The notes under the pieces were generated by a model, which was not told the origin of the DNA, ran no database searches, and saw nothing but the letters and a program-made list of their open reading frames with translations. DNA of 63,909 nt, filler included, from Bdellovibrionales bacterium RIFOXYD12_FULL_39_22 (GTDB lineage Bacteria; Bdellovibrionota; Bacteriovoracia; Bacteriovoracales; Bacteriovoracaceae), in the NCBI GenBank assembly GCA_001770205.1. It is 6 parts of 6 records of this genome, joined end to end, with 100 filler letters (N's around TTAATTAATTAA, not from the genome) between each part and the next. Parts side by side here need not be neighbours in the genome. Positions count along the whole stretch, not along the records: positions 49,557 to 58,376 come from MEQL01000011.1; positions 58,477 to 63,909 come from MEQL01000028.1; 4 more parts are not named here. One strand, written 5' to 3'. The first letter of the stretch is position 1; each line of letters starts with the position of its first letter. This document shows, piece by piece, positions 50,221 to 60,531 of the stretch. The translations under genes were made by a program, and so were the position numbers.

Positions 50221-50222
50221 CT

Positions 50223-51767
50223 TTAATCACCTCCTTCAACCGTAAATTTTTCATTACCCGTTTTGGCCTTCTCCTGCGTGTCAGTCGATATTTGCACGAC
50301 GGCCGGAATTGGCCCGATCATCTTGTTAAATTCAAGGTAGCGCACGTTATCTTCGACCACAGCAGGATTAATATATTTGACGTTCACCAGATCAACTCGC
50401 GTTGGTGAATGGCGCAAAAGCACACACTGGCCTGTTCGTAAATTCTTTATCACGTTGTGGTGTGCAATTAACTCTTCCACATCTCGTTGAGATCCCTGCG
50501 CTAACTCTTTACCGTTCTCTACTCGTTTAGTGAATTTCCTCGATGGAAGTGTGCCGATTGCACTCGCAAACATATTGGCCCCATCTTCCATTCTTTGTTT
50601 GAAGACAAACCAATTTGAAGCATTTTCCAACACCTGAATTGCCAGGTGCGGATCAACTTTGGCGATGTCACTGGGCGATTGAAACGCGAAGGTGATCTCC
50701 ATTTTGGCACCACGACACTTGTTTAAAATTTCGATGAACTCATTAGTAATTACCGCTGACAGCTCATCAATATAGATACCAACTGGACTGCTTACATGAC
50801 TTCCCATCACCGATATTTTTTTGTAGGTGTCATAAACCGAGTAGGCAAGATCCCCCAAAATAATCTTGCCCAAACTTCTGGCGATCTCTGCATAACCCAA
50901 AACTGAAAGTCCAACGTAGATACACTTATTGCTGCTGCGTAGCTGCCCAACGGAATAGGCATCTGTACCAGTTAGTCGCTCGCCGAAGTCAGAATCGATA
51001 ACATTACTAATTCTAGTAATAATCCCTTGAATATCTTTTTTATCATACGCTGCTGGATTGGCCTCGCTTCCCTTAGTTGAATCCAAGAGTTTGTTATAGA
51101 TATCTCGCAAGGTGATTGGCGTTTTTAGTGTAGTCTTTAGTAACGCAATTGCATCCTTGAGAGCGTTATAACAAAGTAGCGCATAGTGTTCTTCCGTCCA
51201 GGTGAAGGAGTGATGAATGCGGTCTGCTATATTAGTAACGGACCCATCCTTCACCGGATTTAGTGCCGCTGCACCGTATCCGTTATAGTGCTCAGAAAAA
51301 ATCAAATAGTCGCGTTTGGCAATTCGGCAAAGGTTGATGAAGTTTTGCAACGAGCCGTTATCGCCCTTCGGATCGATAAATATGATCGGCTTGTTGGCCA
51401 TCATGTCATCAAACATTAGCACATCCAAGAGCGCACTTTTTCCTGAGCCACTGGCACCAATAACTGCTGTGTGCAGTTTCCTGTTTAGCTCACTAAGTTT
51501 TAAACTGCGCTTTGCTGTGATCGAATAACCGAGGTCATCATCTTTCAAAGTTGACTTGCTAACTTTTAAATCATCTCTCTCAATCTTTATAAGTGGTGCC
51601 TCTCGATTAAACAGTTTATCGAGTGCTTTGTTCCCTCCCCACATGATCCCCTTGGTGGCCAAATCCATCAGCGCCATAATAATCAGAGTCATAAGCTCCA
51701 TTACTGGCAGAAGGATGTCGCCCAACATAAAATCGTCATTTTTATTATTCTTGCTTCCCATATCCAT
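50223..51767 (-). CDS. Type IV coupling protein (TraD/VirD4-like)
   Basis: GASGSGKS, IDPKGD, YIDEL, NKCRGA...FQS, LRTGQC. Confidence 0.88.
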   Translation of the reverse strand: MDMGSKNNKNDDFMLGDILLPVMELMTLIIMALMDLATKGIMWGGNKALDKLFNREAPLIKIERDDLKVSKSTLKDDDLGYSITAKRSLKLSELNRKLHTAVIGASGSGKSALLDVLMFDDMMANKPIIFIDPKGDNGSLQNFINLCRIAKRDYLIFSEHYNGYGAAALNPVKDGSVTNIADRIHHSFTWTEEHYALLCYNALKDAIALLKTTLKTPITLRDIYNKLLDSTKGSEANPAAYDKKDIQGIITRISNVIDSDFGERLTGTDAYSVGQLRSSNKCIYVGLSVLGYAEIARSLGKIILGDLAYSVYDTYKKISVMGSHVSSPVGIYIDELSAVITNEFIEILNKCRGAKMEITFAFQSPSDIAKVDPHLAIQVLENASNWFVFKQRMEDGANMFASAIGTLPSRKFTKRVENGKELAQGSQRDVEELIAHHNVIKNLRTGQCVLLRHSPTRVDLVNVKYINPAVVEDNVRYLEFNKMIGPIPAVVQISTDTQEKAKTGNEKFTVEGGD

Positions 51768-52266
51768 CTCCTAGTTGTTCATCGTAGCTGTGTTCGTAAA
51801 TCTCAAAAGGCGGAATGTAGTATGTCTGGGTGCCATTTTTTACATACTGCTCTTTTGATTGATACTTGATCAAATACTGTTGATTAACCTTTCCCCTTAG
51901 TTTTTCTGGCAGTTCCGTCAATGGAACTTTATAACCTTCCACTTTTTGCAAATTGGCCTCGATGTTCAAATTACCAAGTCCTATGTCAATTTCATCGGGG
52001 CGCTGCTCTTTCTTCTCTGACAGTAGCATGTTTTTTAGCTGGTAGTTTCTAGGATCGTCTTCGTAAAGCGCATATCCAGCTAGTGCCACCACTCCAGCAC
52101 CAATTAATCCAAAGACCGCTGCATTTGCGCTAGCGCTCTCTTTGTTTGGACTAAGTAGTGCCCCAGTTGCTGCAACTGATACTCCACCAATCAGTGAACT
52201 GTAGATGATCGTTTTTTTCATGGTGGAGCAAGAGAGGAAGAGTAGGCAGATTAGTAAAATTCTCAT
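51745..52266 (-). CDS. Conjugation-associated lipoprotein
   Basis: Lipobox FLSC; Gly/Ala helices. Confidence 0.7.
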   Translation of the reverse strand: MRILLICLLFLSCSTMKKTIIYSSLIGGVSVAATGALLSPNKESASANAAVFGLIGAGVVALAGYALYEDDPRNYQLKNMLLSEKKEQRPDEIDIGLGNLNIEANLQKVEGYKVPLTELPEKLRGKVNQQYLIKYQSKEQYVKNGTQTYYIPPFEIYEHSYDEQLGDGYGKQE

Positions 52267-53069
52267 GACTCCTCCTTGGTTAAAATTACCTTCTGGTTAA
52301 AAAATAAAAGAACCTCCTTGCCTGCGTTAATAAAGACGACAGACATTTTTTGGTCACCTGATTCTTGAACTTTTCGTCCAGCATTACCGGCCACATTGGT
52401 AAGTCCTTCTAAAATTTTGTTCTTTCCACTATCTTTAGTTGTCTCCCCAAATGGCGTTGCTATCCGATCCTTAGCTGAATCCAATACCCCTGCAAAAAAT
52501 GCAGAGAATCCTTCTGTTAAAAATGATTTTTCCTCACCAGAGTAATAATAATCTGCGATCGCCCCATCAGCACCGTCTAAGTCCCACACTTTTACATCGA
52601 CACTAAACTCACCATCATCGGTCACTAGCATGTCACATGTCGCAGGCATGCGCTTTTCAAAGCTCACTCCACTACAGCGCAATTCTGCGCCGTCGATGTC
52701 CGAAGTAGCGTCTGCCACCTTCACCACAAACAAAGATGGCCTCATGTTCATGGCCAGCACAGAATTTAAAATTATCCCTTGCATCCTTGAAAGTGCAGGG
52801 ATGGCATTTTCTTCTTTGCGCACGATGAGACTCTTTTCTTGTCCGGAGAGCAATGTCTCGATGTTTTGCTGACTAGCAAGCAGTTTGCTCATCAGTCCAT
52901 CAATCGCTCCGCTTTTGGATTTTTTCTTTGTCGCCTGCGTAGTAGTTGTTGTTGCTGCAGACGATTTAATTTCACTATCTTCTTTGTACTGATACCTTAG
53001 CGTGCTCCCATTATCACTAAAACCGGCCAGTGCGATAATGGGTATCATCATAATTAAAAACTTAATCAT
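52263..53069 (-). CDS. VirB10/TrbI-like protein
   Basis: IPALSR..G, DLDGADG, FINAGKEV..FF; position in operon. Confidence 0.7.
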   Translation of the reverse strand: MIKFLIMMIPIIALAGFSDNGSTLRYQYKEDSEIKSSAATTTTTQATKKKSKSGAIDGLMSKLLASQQNIETLLSGQEKSLIVRKEENAIPALSRMQGIILNSVLAMNMRPSLFVVKVADATSDIDGAELRCSGVSFEKRMPATCDMLVTDDGEFSVDVKVWDLDGADGAIADYYYSGEEKSFLTEGFSAFFAGVLDSAKDRIATPFGETTKDSGKNKILEGLTNVAGNAGRKVQESGDQKMSVVFINAGKEVLLFFNQKVILTKEES

Positions 53070-53547
53070 AGATTATCCCCCTGTAGTAAATGAGCTTCCC
53101 ATTTAAAAAGATGGGAGGCCCCTTAGATAAAAATGCCCGATCCAAAAATTCTTGATCGTTCACCTTTACTTTTGCCTTGGACTTGTTCACAAAAAGAATT
53201 GAGCGTGGACAATCAAAAAGCTGATAATCTTTTTTATCCGCAATAAGAGAATACAGACTGCAGGTCTGCGCCTCTTTTATCTCGATATCCTGTGACGCCA
53301 GCTCATCACTGTACTTGATGTTAAAATAATACTTGGCATCTTTTTCAAAGAGGATGAAGTTGCAATCAATCTCTTTTCTTTTTGGTTCAAACACTAAGCT
53401 CTGTCGCTTGTTTAGCTCGTAGATCTTAAAATCTCCTTCCGTCCCTCCCACATAGTCAGTGATGCGTTCAGGAAACGTAATCGCGGTCAGGTGGGCCATA
53501 GATAAAAAGATCGAAAAAATCTGATTTTTAAAAATGTAGTAAATCAT
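53062..53547 (-). CDS. VirB9-like short protein
   Basis: ITFPERITDYVGG...LVFEPK; lies just before the VirB10-like gene. Confidence 0.5.
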   Translation of the reverse strand: MIYYIFKNQIFSIFLSMAHLTAITFPERITDYVGGTEGDFKIYELNKRQSLVFEPKRKEIDCNFILFEKDAKYYFNIKYSDELASQDIEIKEAQTCSLYSLIADKKDYQLFDCPRSILFVNKSKAKVKVNDQEFLDRAFLSKGPPIFLNGKLIYYRGIIYD

Positions 53548-53987
53548 CGCTGATACCTCGACTCAATTTGGGTTTCACTCACATCTAAAATGCGATAGTA
53601 GTGCTTAAACTTTGAGTTGTGCTCAAGCGTTACTCGATAGTTTCGATATCCGACACTATCTTTTGCCACCACGTCACAATGAGAGTTATCAAGATACTTC
53701 ACCAAATGAACCCGCTCGATGTCGAAGACGATCTGCTTTTTAGCAATATCGTCACTGACAGACCGTTCAACTAGCGTCTCGTCTGGATTATTATTAAAAA
53801 TGCTCTCCATTCCATAAAAACATGACTCCAGCGTAGAATAGTTTCGGGGACTATGTGCTCTTAATATTACGACGGTTGAGAAAATAATCACCGCTGCATT
53901 TATTAGCAATGTTCCTATCCAATACCATCTAAGTGGTTTGCTTATGGCGCGGATTGCTTCTGCCACGCTCTGAAATTGTTCGCTCAT
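53544..53987 (-). CDS. VirB8-like bitopic protein
   Basis: One TM segment plus small domain; position in operon. Confidence 0.4.
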   Translation of the reverse strand: MSEQFQSVAEAIRAISKPLRWYWIGTLLINAAVIIFSTVVILRAHSPRNYSTLESCFYGMESIFNNNPDETLVERSVSDDIAKKQIVFDIERVHLVKYLDNSHCDVVAKDSVGYRNYRVTLEHNSKFKHYYRILDVSETQIESRYQR

Positions 53988-55314
53988 AATTTTTCCTTTT
54001 CGTTAATGGTTGATAATTTGCCTTCGTAGCAATGTTAGATGACGTCATTGTCATCTGCTGTTTACTTGCATTCAGCGTTGTCTGAATCTGCCTGCTGCCG
54101 GTAATTTCTTTTGGTGCGCCAGTTTGATTATGGCGACTTAAAAAGGGCCTACCATGGCCTGCACGGGTGTTGCTCTGTTGATTGCTGTCACTATTGCGAC
54201 TTCTACGACTAATTGCTTCATTTTTGTCAGTAGCATTGGCCGTATTTGCTAGATTTAAGCTTTTACTACTGCTGTTGTTTCCTCCAGCATTGCGACTGCT
54301 CCCGTTGGCATGCGTGACATCCTGCTTGTTATCCTGTCGCTTGGAACTACTTAATCCAACAGCATTTTTTGCAAACTTAAACCCAACACCTGATGCAGTC
54401 TGTGCCAGTTTCATTTTAGGCCCGACAGCCCCACCAGTGGCAACAGAGGCCATCGAGTTAGTAATGTTCTTCGGAAGATTCATCACATAGTTGGCCCCCA
54501 TCGTAGCGATAATACCTCCGGCCTGTGAAATCCCACTGCCATTTAGAATCATGGCCGTTATAATCGGAGTAAACGCCACAAAGAGCGTCATCACAAACAA
54601 GAGCACCGTTCCAATTACTGATCCACCGATTACCTGCCCGGAGATGTAGCCTTTATTAATTTCGCCACTAATGAGTGACAAAATAAACACCAGCACATGC
54701 GGAGTAACGAGACACCACAGATAAGATAATATCCCTCCTCGCAATACATTTCCCATGGTCGGAAACATGTAGATGATCACCGGAACACCAACCAATCCAT
54801 ATCCCAGATAGTAAATTATCGAGTAGACCACCTTTAATATTACAAAGCATAGCTTTGACAAGAAAAAGACTGTCACCGTAAAACCGTCATTCACAAACTT
54901 ATCAAAGAAATGATACTTCAAGAATGCCAGCGTTCCCCATAACGCATTTTGATTTTTGTAGAATACTGCTCCCTTCTGATCACTTTGCAACTTGTCCCAA
55001 TGCTCTATGGCATCAAACATATCCAGAAGCAGAATGTTGTCTTGCTTTTGTGATTCCAGTTTTTCATTGGCCGCATCCATGGAATAGTCAATGCTCACTT
55101 TGTAAAAACTAGTGATCGAGGTTAAAATCAGCACGGCCACCAGCGTGCGTTTAACTAGCGCAAAAGCATCCATCCGATCAAAATACTCTACCAAAAGCGC
55201 CAACATAAACGTTGTTGGCAGTATGCCTAAGAAAAAGAGTCGGTAATCTTCAATCAAACCATCTAGATTAAAACTTTGAATCAAAAGCAGATCTTTGATT
55301 GTATTTGTTGTCAT
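53929..55314 (-). CDS. VirB6-like polytopic membrane protein
   Basis: Multiple TM segments plus low-complexity hydrophilic tail. Confidence 0.6.
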   Translation of the reverse strand: MTTNTIKDLLLIQSFNLDGLIEDYRLFFLGILPTTFMLALLVEYFDRMDAFALVKRTLVAVLILTSITSFYKVSIDYSMDAANEKLESQKQDNILLLDMFDAIEHWDKLQSDQKGAVFYKNQNALWGTLAFLKYHFFDKFVNDGFTVTVFFLSKLCFVILKVVYSIIYYLGYGLVGVPVIIYMFPTMGNVLRGGILSYLWCLVTPHVLVFILSLISGEINKGYISGQVIGGSVIGTVLLFVMTLFVAFTPIITAMILNGSGISQAGGIIATMGANYVMNLPKNITNSMASVATGGAVGPKMKLAQTASGVGFKFAKNAVGLSSSKRQDNKQDVTHANGSSRNAGGNNSSSKSLNLANTANATDKNEAISRRSRNSDSNQQSNTRAGHGRPFLSRHNQTGAPKEITGSRQIQTTLNASKQQMTMTSSNIATKANYQPLTKRKNYERTISERGRSNPRHKQTT

Positions 55315-55316
55315 AA

Positions 55317-55985
55317 TTAAATACCTGCCTTGTTATCGCTTTCAATTCCTAACCACTGTCTGTAAAATTCCTCACTGCGAAGCCTCTCCGTGGCCTCATC
55401 TTTTTTTAGAGCAATATCAATTTTTTGATATTCCAGATTGTCACTGCGTGACTTGGCCAAAATTTTTGCCGACAATGCGGTGTTCATCGCAGTATTTTGC
55501 ACATGCTTACTCATTGCCCCTTCGCTGGCACTCATAAGTTCTTGCTCATGCGCTTCTGACTCGTCGTATGATGAATTTGTCACCTTTTCCCAATAGCGAG
55601 CAGTAAAGTCATCGGCCTCAAACAAATCGCGTGCCATAAAGTCGATATTGCTCTTTAACCCCTGCAAGTTAAGTTTAAGCCGCAAGAGCACCTGATTTAG
55701 CTCTTGCAAATCTTTGGGTTTCATCTTTTTTAGTTCAGCGATGTCGCGTACATGTTGCTCAATCCTTCTGGCCACAAAGTATCTTCGCATGGCCAGAAAA
55801 TTGTATTTATCAATCTGATCGGAAGTCTCTTTTGCCACTTCCAAAATCTTCATGGTGTTTGTCACAGTCGATGCAGTGTTGGAGACAAGTGCCACTAATG
55901 CCGCTGTATCCGCATCAGGAATAAAAAAAGTTGTTGCCTCTGCTTGCATTGCCAAAAGCAAAAAGGCCCATTTAAAAGTTTGCAT
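55317..55985 (-). CDS. VirB5/TrbJ-like secreted helical protein
   Basis: Signal peptide; coiled coil; between VirB4-like and VirB6-like genes. Confidence 0.5.
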   Translation of the reverse strand: MQTFKWAFLLLAMQAEATTFFIPDADTAALVALVSNTASTVTNTMKILEVAKETSDQIDKYNFLAMRRYFVARRIEQHVRDIAELKKMKPKDLQELNQVLLRLKLNLQGLKSNIDFMARDLFEADDFTARYWEKVTNSSYDESEAHEQELMSASEGAMSKHVQNTAMNTALSAKILAKSRSDNLEYQKIDIALKKDEATERLRSEEFYRQWLGIESDNKAGI

Positions 55986-57909
55986 GTTTTAACCTCACAT
56001 AAGCGTTGATCGCCTCCTGGTTACTATCCAGAAATGGACGATGCTTGTTAAAAAAATCAAAAAACTTTGAATCCTCACCGGCCTCGGTATGAAACAACTC
56101 CAGCTCCAGAGGTGAAAGATAAATGCGGAGTACTTTTCTAATTTTGTTATCTGCACTTTTTAGATAACACTCACTAAAACTGCCTTTTTCAAAGTGGAGC
56201 GTTTTAATCATCTCATGGTCAAAGTCTGTTACTTCGGGATCATCAATTTTCTCCTGCGGGAAGAAAACTTTGATGAAACTATTGTTGGTAATTGAACTAT
56301 AAAGTTTTCCACCACTGCCAGCGAAGTCATTTAACCCCTGCGAAATTGCAATAGGGAGTGCTCCTGTTTTTCTAAAAGTTCTAAAACACTCGTCAATGTA
56401 GTCAGCATGCTCTTTTAAAAATGACCATGACTCGTCAAAAACCAAAATCTTCTCTTTGCTTTCGATGTTTTTAAAATATTCCAAGATAAAGATAATAATT
56501 GGCGCTATTGCTTCCTTGGGATATTGATCGATATCGACATACAAAATTGACACGGCCGGAATCTTCTTCTCTACGAAGAGACCACCAACTATCTCGAAGT
56601 AGAGTGAGATTCCTGGCAAGTGCGATTCTAGTTGTCGCAGAAACTGACTAAAATCATCTATTGCGTTATTGCTATCAAGCACAGACTTAATCGCTCGAAG
56701 CAATTTTCCACGCTCTAGCTTTCCAAACTTCTCTTTATCTACCACGCTTAAAATAAGTTCCATAAGATAGAGAGGATCTTTAAACTGTAGCGGATTGAAA
56801 CTTCCATCCAAACTCACGCCGCCATGATAAAGAGTAAGCCGTCGAAACGATCCTCCCTTATCCAATATTACTGTTGGGTGCTTAGCAATTAGCGCATGAA
56901 TAATCTTATTAACGAATACAGACTTGCCGCCACCACTAGAGCCTGTCACCAGCATATTGCGATTAGGAAGTTCCGGCGCAAATGGATCATAAAAAATCTT
57001 CTCATCTGTTGTATCTGAAAACTCCACCCCAGAATCCATCAAATGTGATCTTTGCAGCGGAAGCAAAAACTTCAGATGACTCGTCTTATCCGTATGTGGC
57101 CTAAACTTAAAAGATGGCGTCACTCCCGGAATCAGTTCACTAAATATTGTCCCCAATCCTGATTTCATCGCTTTTATGCTATGCCCTTCCACAAAAAGCT
57201 TCACTCCGCGCGACTTCATCACATCAATTAGCTCATCACTTTTTTGATTCAGCTCCTCCAACGACAACCCAGTCACGATAAAATATAACTCCATCTCAAA
57301 AAGGGACTCAGATCCCACCGTCAAATCACCAATCAAATTTTCTGCTTGCTGATAAGCTCCTTCGCTCTCAATGTCTCTCTTTGCCTTAAAAAAGTTTCCA
57401 AGATGAGAAGTTCTAATCTTTTCCATCTGTTTTAGACTTTTTTCTTTTCCAATCCTCCTAACACTAAGAACATAATCCACTCCAAACGGCATAAATCCAT
57501 CGCCAATGCTACCACTTGCGAATTCCGCAACCGACAAAATGCGCCGATACTTTCCGTTGTAGCAAAGATAGTTGTCCATGATGGCCACATCCGAATAGAT
57601 ATCTATGGCCCCGAAGAAGGTTTGAAGGGGCCTATCAGATGGCCCCATTCCAACCATTCTAGGGCCTTGATCAACTTCCTTGTTGGTGCAAAGATAATTT
57701 CTTTTGCCGAGGCCGTAGAATTTGTAGAAGCAATTTTCATCCAAATTATTTAAATACTCCGCGATACCATTGTAAAACGCCTCAGTTTCGTTTCTACTCA
57801 TCTGATAGAGGTCTGGTGGTGTTAGCTCATAAAAAAAGCTTTTAACCCCATTTTTGCATGTTAAACGATGCTCTTTTGTCTCCACGACAGGAAATGTTAT
57901 TCTATCCAT
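55972..57909 (-). CDS. VirB4/TraC-like conjugative ATPase (short, 645 aa)
   Basis: VTGSSGGGKS, LDKGGSF, FNPL, FDESW..., RTFRK.G...ISQ. Confidence 0.88.
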   Translation of the reverse strand: MDRITFPVVETKEHRLTCKNGVKSFFYELTPPDLYQMSRNETEAFYNGIAEYLNNLDENCFYKFYGLGKRNYLCTNKEVDQGPRMVGMGPSDRPLQTFFGAIDIYSDVAIMDNYLCYNGKYRRILSVAEFASGSIGDGFMPFGVDYVLSVRRIGKEKSLKQMEKIRTSHLGNFFKAKRDIESEGAYQQAENLIGDLTVGSESLFEMELYFIVTGLSLEELNQKSDELIDVMKSRGVKLFVEGHSIKAMKSGLGTIFSELIPGVTPSFKFRPHTDKTSHLKFLLPLQRSHLMDSGVEFSDTTDEKIFYDPFAPELPNRNMLVTGSSGGGKSVFVNKIIHALIAKHPTVILDKGGSFRRLTLYHGGVSLDGSFNPLQFKDPLYLMELILSVVDKEKFGKLERGKLLRAIKSVLDSNNAIDDFSQFLRQLESHLPGISLYFEIVGGLFVEKKIPAVSILYVDIDQYPKEAIAPIIIFILEYFKNIESKEKILVFDESWSFLKEHADYIDECFRTFRKTGALPIAISQGLNDFAGSGGKLYSSITNNSFIKVFFPQEKIDDPEVTDFDHEMIKTLHFEKGSFSECYLKSADNKIRKVLRIYLSPLELELFHTEAGEDSKFFDFFNKHRPFLDSNQEAINAYVRLKHANF

Positions 57910-58174
57910 TCAATCCCCCCAGTTTGTTCCACCAAGAAAGTATTCTTGGTGCTCCCAGTTCTTGTAAAAACCTCCGAGGAAGTTTTCTTTGCATCCACTT
58001 ATAAATTAGAAGTACGGCCACATCTAGTAGCAGTGCTACCACTCCGGCCACATGTATCCATGAGAGCAGCAGGTAAACTACTCCCATGATTGAAAGCTCC
58101 GTGCGATTCAATCCGGCCAGCACTTTGGCCTTGCGATTGAGTAACATTGGAAATGAACTGTCTTGCATATTCAC
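57902..58174 (-). CDS. VirB3/TraL-like small membrane protein
   Basis: Two TM segments; directly upstream of the VirB4-like gene. Confidence 0.55.
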   Translation of the reverse strand: MNMQDSSFPMLLNRKAKVLAGLNRTELSIMGVVYLLLSWIHVAGVVALLLDVAVLLIYKWMQRKLPRRFLQELGAPRILSWWNKLGGLNG

Positions 58175-58177
58175 CTC

Positions 58178-58375
58178 CTAGCTAAAGCTCTGGGTTAACG
58201 TAGTAATCAGATCCAACCCCACTGCCGAAAGCACCGCAAGCATCAAAACGTTTGCAATTTTCTTCTGGTACTCTTCTTGTTTGAAGTATCCCAAAATGAT
58301 AAACAGCAAAAACGATGCTCCGGCCACTGCGCCGGACAGTGGAATCAGATAGGTGTTGGTAATAGTCTCAAAACC
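58178..58375 (-). CDS. VirB2/TrbC-like pilin, 5' end cut by contig end
   Basis: Read by hand: GFETITNTYLIPLSGAVAGASFLLFIILGYF...VGLDLITTLTQSFS*; two hydrophobic helices. Confidence 0.6.
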   Translation of the reverse strand, partial: GFETITNTYLIPLSGAVAGASFLLFIILGYFKQEEYQKKIANVLMLAVLSAVGLDLITTLTQSFS

Positions 58376-58376
58376 G

Positions 58377-58476
58377 NNNNNNNNNNNNNNNNNNNNNNNN
58401 NNNNNNNNNNNNNNNNNNNNTTAATTAATTAANNNNNNNNNNNNNNNNNNNNNNNNNNNNNNNNNNNNNNNNNNNN
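58377..58476. other. Artificial contig linker
   Basis: N-run, TTAATTAATTAA, N-run. Confidence 0.99.
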
Positions 58477-58759
58477 GAATTTTTTTTACTAAATCTTTTA
58501 AATTTTCCATCCGAAAAATTTAGCAAACTTAGTACATTTGGCCCACTTTTATTTTACATAATTGGTATTATTTCAAATTTTCACAAAAGCAACCCTGATC
58601 GATATACAAGACAACCCAAACACTTTGAGTCAATACGGGAGGTTAAAATAAACTAAGAGAATATCTTTCTCGCTAAAGCGCTAAATCCCCCTTTTGTTAA
58701 TCTAGAACGGGGGCGGAATGTAGGATAAAGAAGAGTAAAAAAGTTTTTTTGTGCATTTT

Positions 58760-58805
58760 GGGGTGGCCAGTTACGAGCGGAATCGTTGGCCAGTTGCCTT
58801 TGACT
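58760..58805 (-). repeat. IS21-like terminal remnant
   Basis: GTCAA... with two AACTGGCCA direct repeats. Confidence 0.4.
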
Positions 58806-58816
58806 GCCTAGAAAAT

Positions 58817-59776
58817 CTATATCAAATTGAGGTCGCACCCCTCTGAAATAATGCGAATACCAAGGTTGTCAAATTGTTCTCGATAGGTTGAATAGATAGC
58901 AGACATTGGAATAAAACCTGCAAAAGGTTCAGTCTCCAACCATGGCTTATCTATTCCAGAATTCACTAAACCGACAACATATAGATTGCTATCAAAGATA
59001 GGTCCCCCTGAATTACCTGACACGCTCATACAATTTGAAGCAAATTCATTAAATTTTAATATGTCGGGAAAATTATTGCTTGAAACTCTAACTTCAAATT
59101 TATGGGTAACACGGCAAGGAGTAGTGATCTTTTTTATCATTTGATATTCCGAACCCATTTGGTAATCAGGATGGTCCCATGGGTGCCCGATTAAAAAAAC
59201 GAATTCCCCCTCAAGCTCTTTTTCAACGTAGTGGGGAAAAGGAAACAAGCGACGTGATCTTTTTTTATGATCTGGAATAGGCTCACTGGCCCTTATTAAC
59301 ATAGGAGGGTATTTTTTTATAGGCTCTCCATTAACTTCAAACAAGGTAAAATCAAGTCGCTCATCAGTAATTATAATCCGACGGCAAGTAAAAGCATCTA
59401 TTTTCTTTATTGTTCGAAGCCTACTATCTAATTCGTAGTTAAATCGCAAAACTGATCGAGAGCATTCATCTTGGGTATGAATACAATGATGGTTTGTTAT
59501 CATAAGGTTGCGCCCAACCAAAAAGGACGTGCAAAATGACCCTCCTGGAGCTTTATCAAATCCAATCGAAGCTACTCCTTGTGAAATACGCTGTACTTCT
59601 GGGGTAACTCTCTGCGATTCAGGGTCAATAACATACCGAAGAAATTTGTCTAACTCATTGCTGTTCGAAACATCCCTTGCAAAGCATGATCTTCCATATA
59701 GACCAATTGTGACCATTTTTATGGTCAAGGCACAAATTATAAAATAAAAGATTATACGTTTAATTCTAATCTCCAA
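58817..59776 (-). CDS. Trypsin-like (S1) serine protease, exported
   Basis: TNHHC, LDFTL and GNSGGP triad motifs. Confidence 0.9.
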   Translation of the reverse strand: MEIRIKRIIFYFIICALTIKMVTIGLYGRSCFARDVSNSNELDKFLRYVIDPESQRVTPEVQRISQGVASIGFDKAPGGSFCTSFLVGRNLMITNHHCIHTQDECSRSVLRFNYELDSRLRTIKKIDAFTCRRIIITDERLDFTLFEVNGEPIKKYPPMLIRASEPIPDHKKRSRRLFPFPHYVEKELEGEFVFLIGHPWDHPDYQMGSEYQMIKKITTPCRVTHKFEVRVSSNNFPDILKFNEFASNCMSVSGNSGGPIFDSNLYVVGLVNSGIDKPWLETEPFAGFIPMSAIYSTYREQFDNLGIRIISEGCDLNLI

Positions 59777-59814
59777 AAATAATCTCTTTTGATCGCGTTA
59801 TAGTGATCACAATT

Positions 59815-59938
59815 CTAATATTAAAAATCTGGGCCATGCCCGTTATTTTTCTACTTTTGTGATCTTGCTCAGAAAAGCTCGTCTTTCCGCGCAAGACCTA
59901 TTATCGGCCAAAGTTTCCATTCACAGTTCACTCATTAA
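59815..59938 (-). repeat. Repeat R copy 3
   Basis: ...GCTTTTCTGAGCAAGATCACAAAAG...CGGGCATGGCCCAGATTTTTAATATTAG. Confidence 0.85.
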
Positions 59939-60481
59939 CTAGAGTTTTCGGTCAACACATTTGCTTAAAAGAGCTTCAAGTTCGCGAAACACAGACTGTT
60001 TTTTTTGAAGCTCTGGAGGAATCGGTTGTCCCAAAATCTTTAGGGCGGCCTTGGATAAAAAAAACTCAATTCCGGAATTAGATAAATCATATTTCTCTCT
60101 GGCGAAGGCTTCTAATGTCGGAATGCCAGATCTATTGTTCAATATGGCCAGCGTAGCGGCTGCCTCAATACGTACAAGAAGGTTTTCGTCATTTAATAAT
60201 TTTTTAAGAAAATTAATACCTTCGGTGGGTTTCCTTATATTTAAAACCATACCAGCAACGCCATACGCTGGAGATTTGGTCTGATATAAAGTTTCTATGC
60301 TTATTAAGGTATTCTCCGATTTACCTTGAATTTTTGAATCGCCAGATCGCAATTGTTTCTCCAGAGCAGCTCTCAGCTCACTACAATTCATACGCACCTC
60401 CTCGCTGCTTGCAATATAAACAATGCAAAGTAAAATTACTCCAACTGTCGAAAACAACTTAAATGTAATTTTCATAACCAA
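59939..60481 (-). CDS. Exported HEAT-repeat protein
   Basis: LKKLLNDENLLVRIEAAATLA. Confidence 0.75.
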   Translation of the reverse strand: MVMKITFKLFSTVGVILLCIVYIASSEEVRMNCSELRAALEKQLRSGDSKIQGKSENTLISIETLYQTKSPAYGVAGMVLNIRKPTEGINFLKKLLNDENLLVRIEAAATLAILNNRSGIPTLEAFAREKYDLSNSGIEFFLSKAALKILGQPIPPELQKKQSVFRELEALLSKCVDRKL

Positions 60482-60531
60482 ATATAACCACTAAGAAGCG
60501 CCGCTGGAAATTGTTCGCGACTAAAAAAAAT

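Noticed and set aside
39158..58376. Treating contigs 4 and 5 as one conjugative element
   Set aside because: They are separated by a linker and each has its own VirB9/VirB10, coupling protein and relaxase-like gene, so they are more likely two elements.
58590..58680. IS3 3'-tail remnant (NPDRYTRQPK...VKIN*)
   Set aside because: Too short to call confidently and cannot be linked to the IS3 on contig 3.
59843..59920. 25-codon ORF inside repeat R (METLADNRSC..., MGTLADNESC... in R4)
   Set aside because: The frame is broken in copies R1 and R2, so it is probably non-coding.
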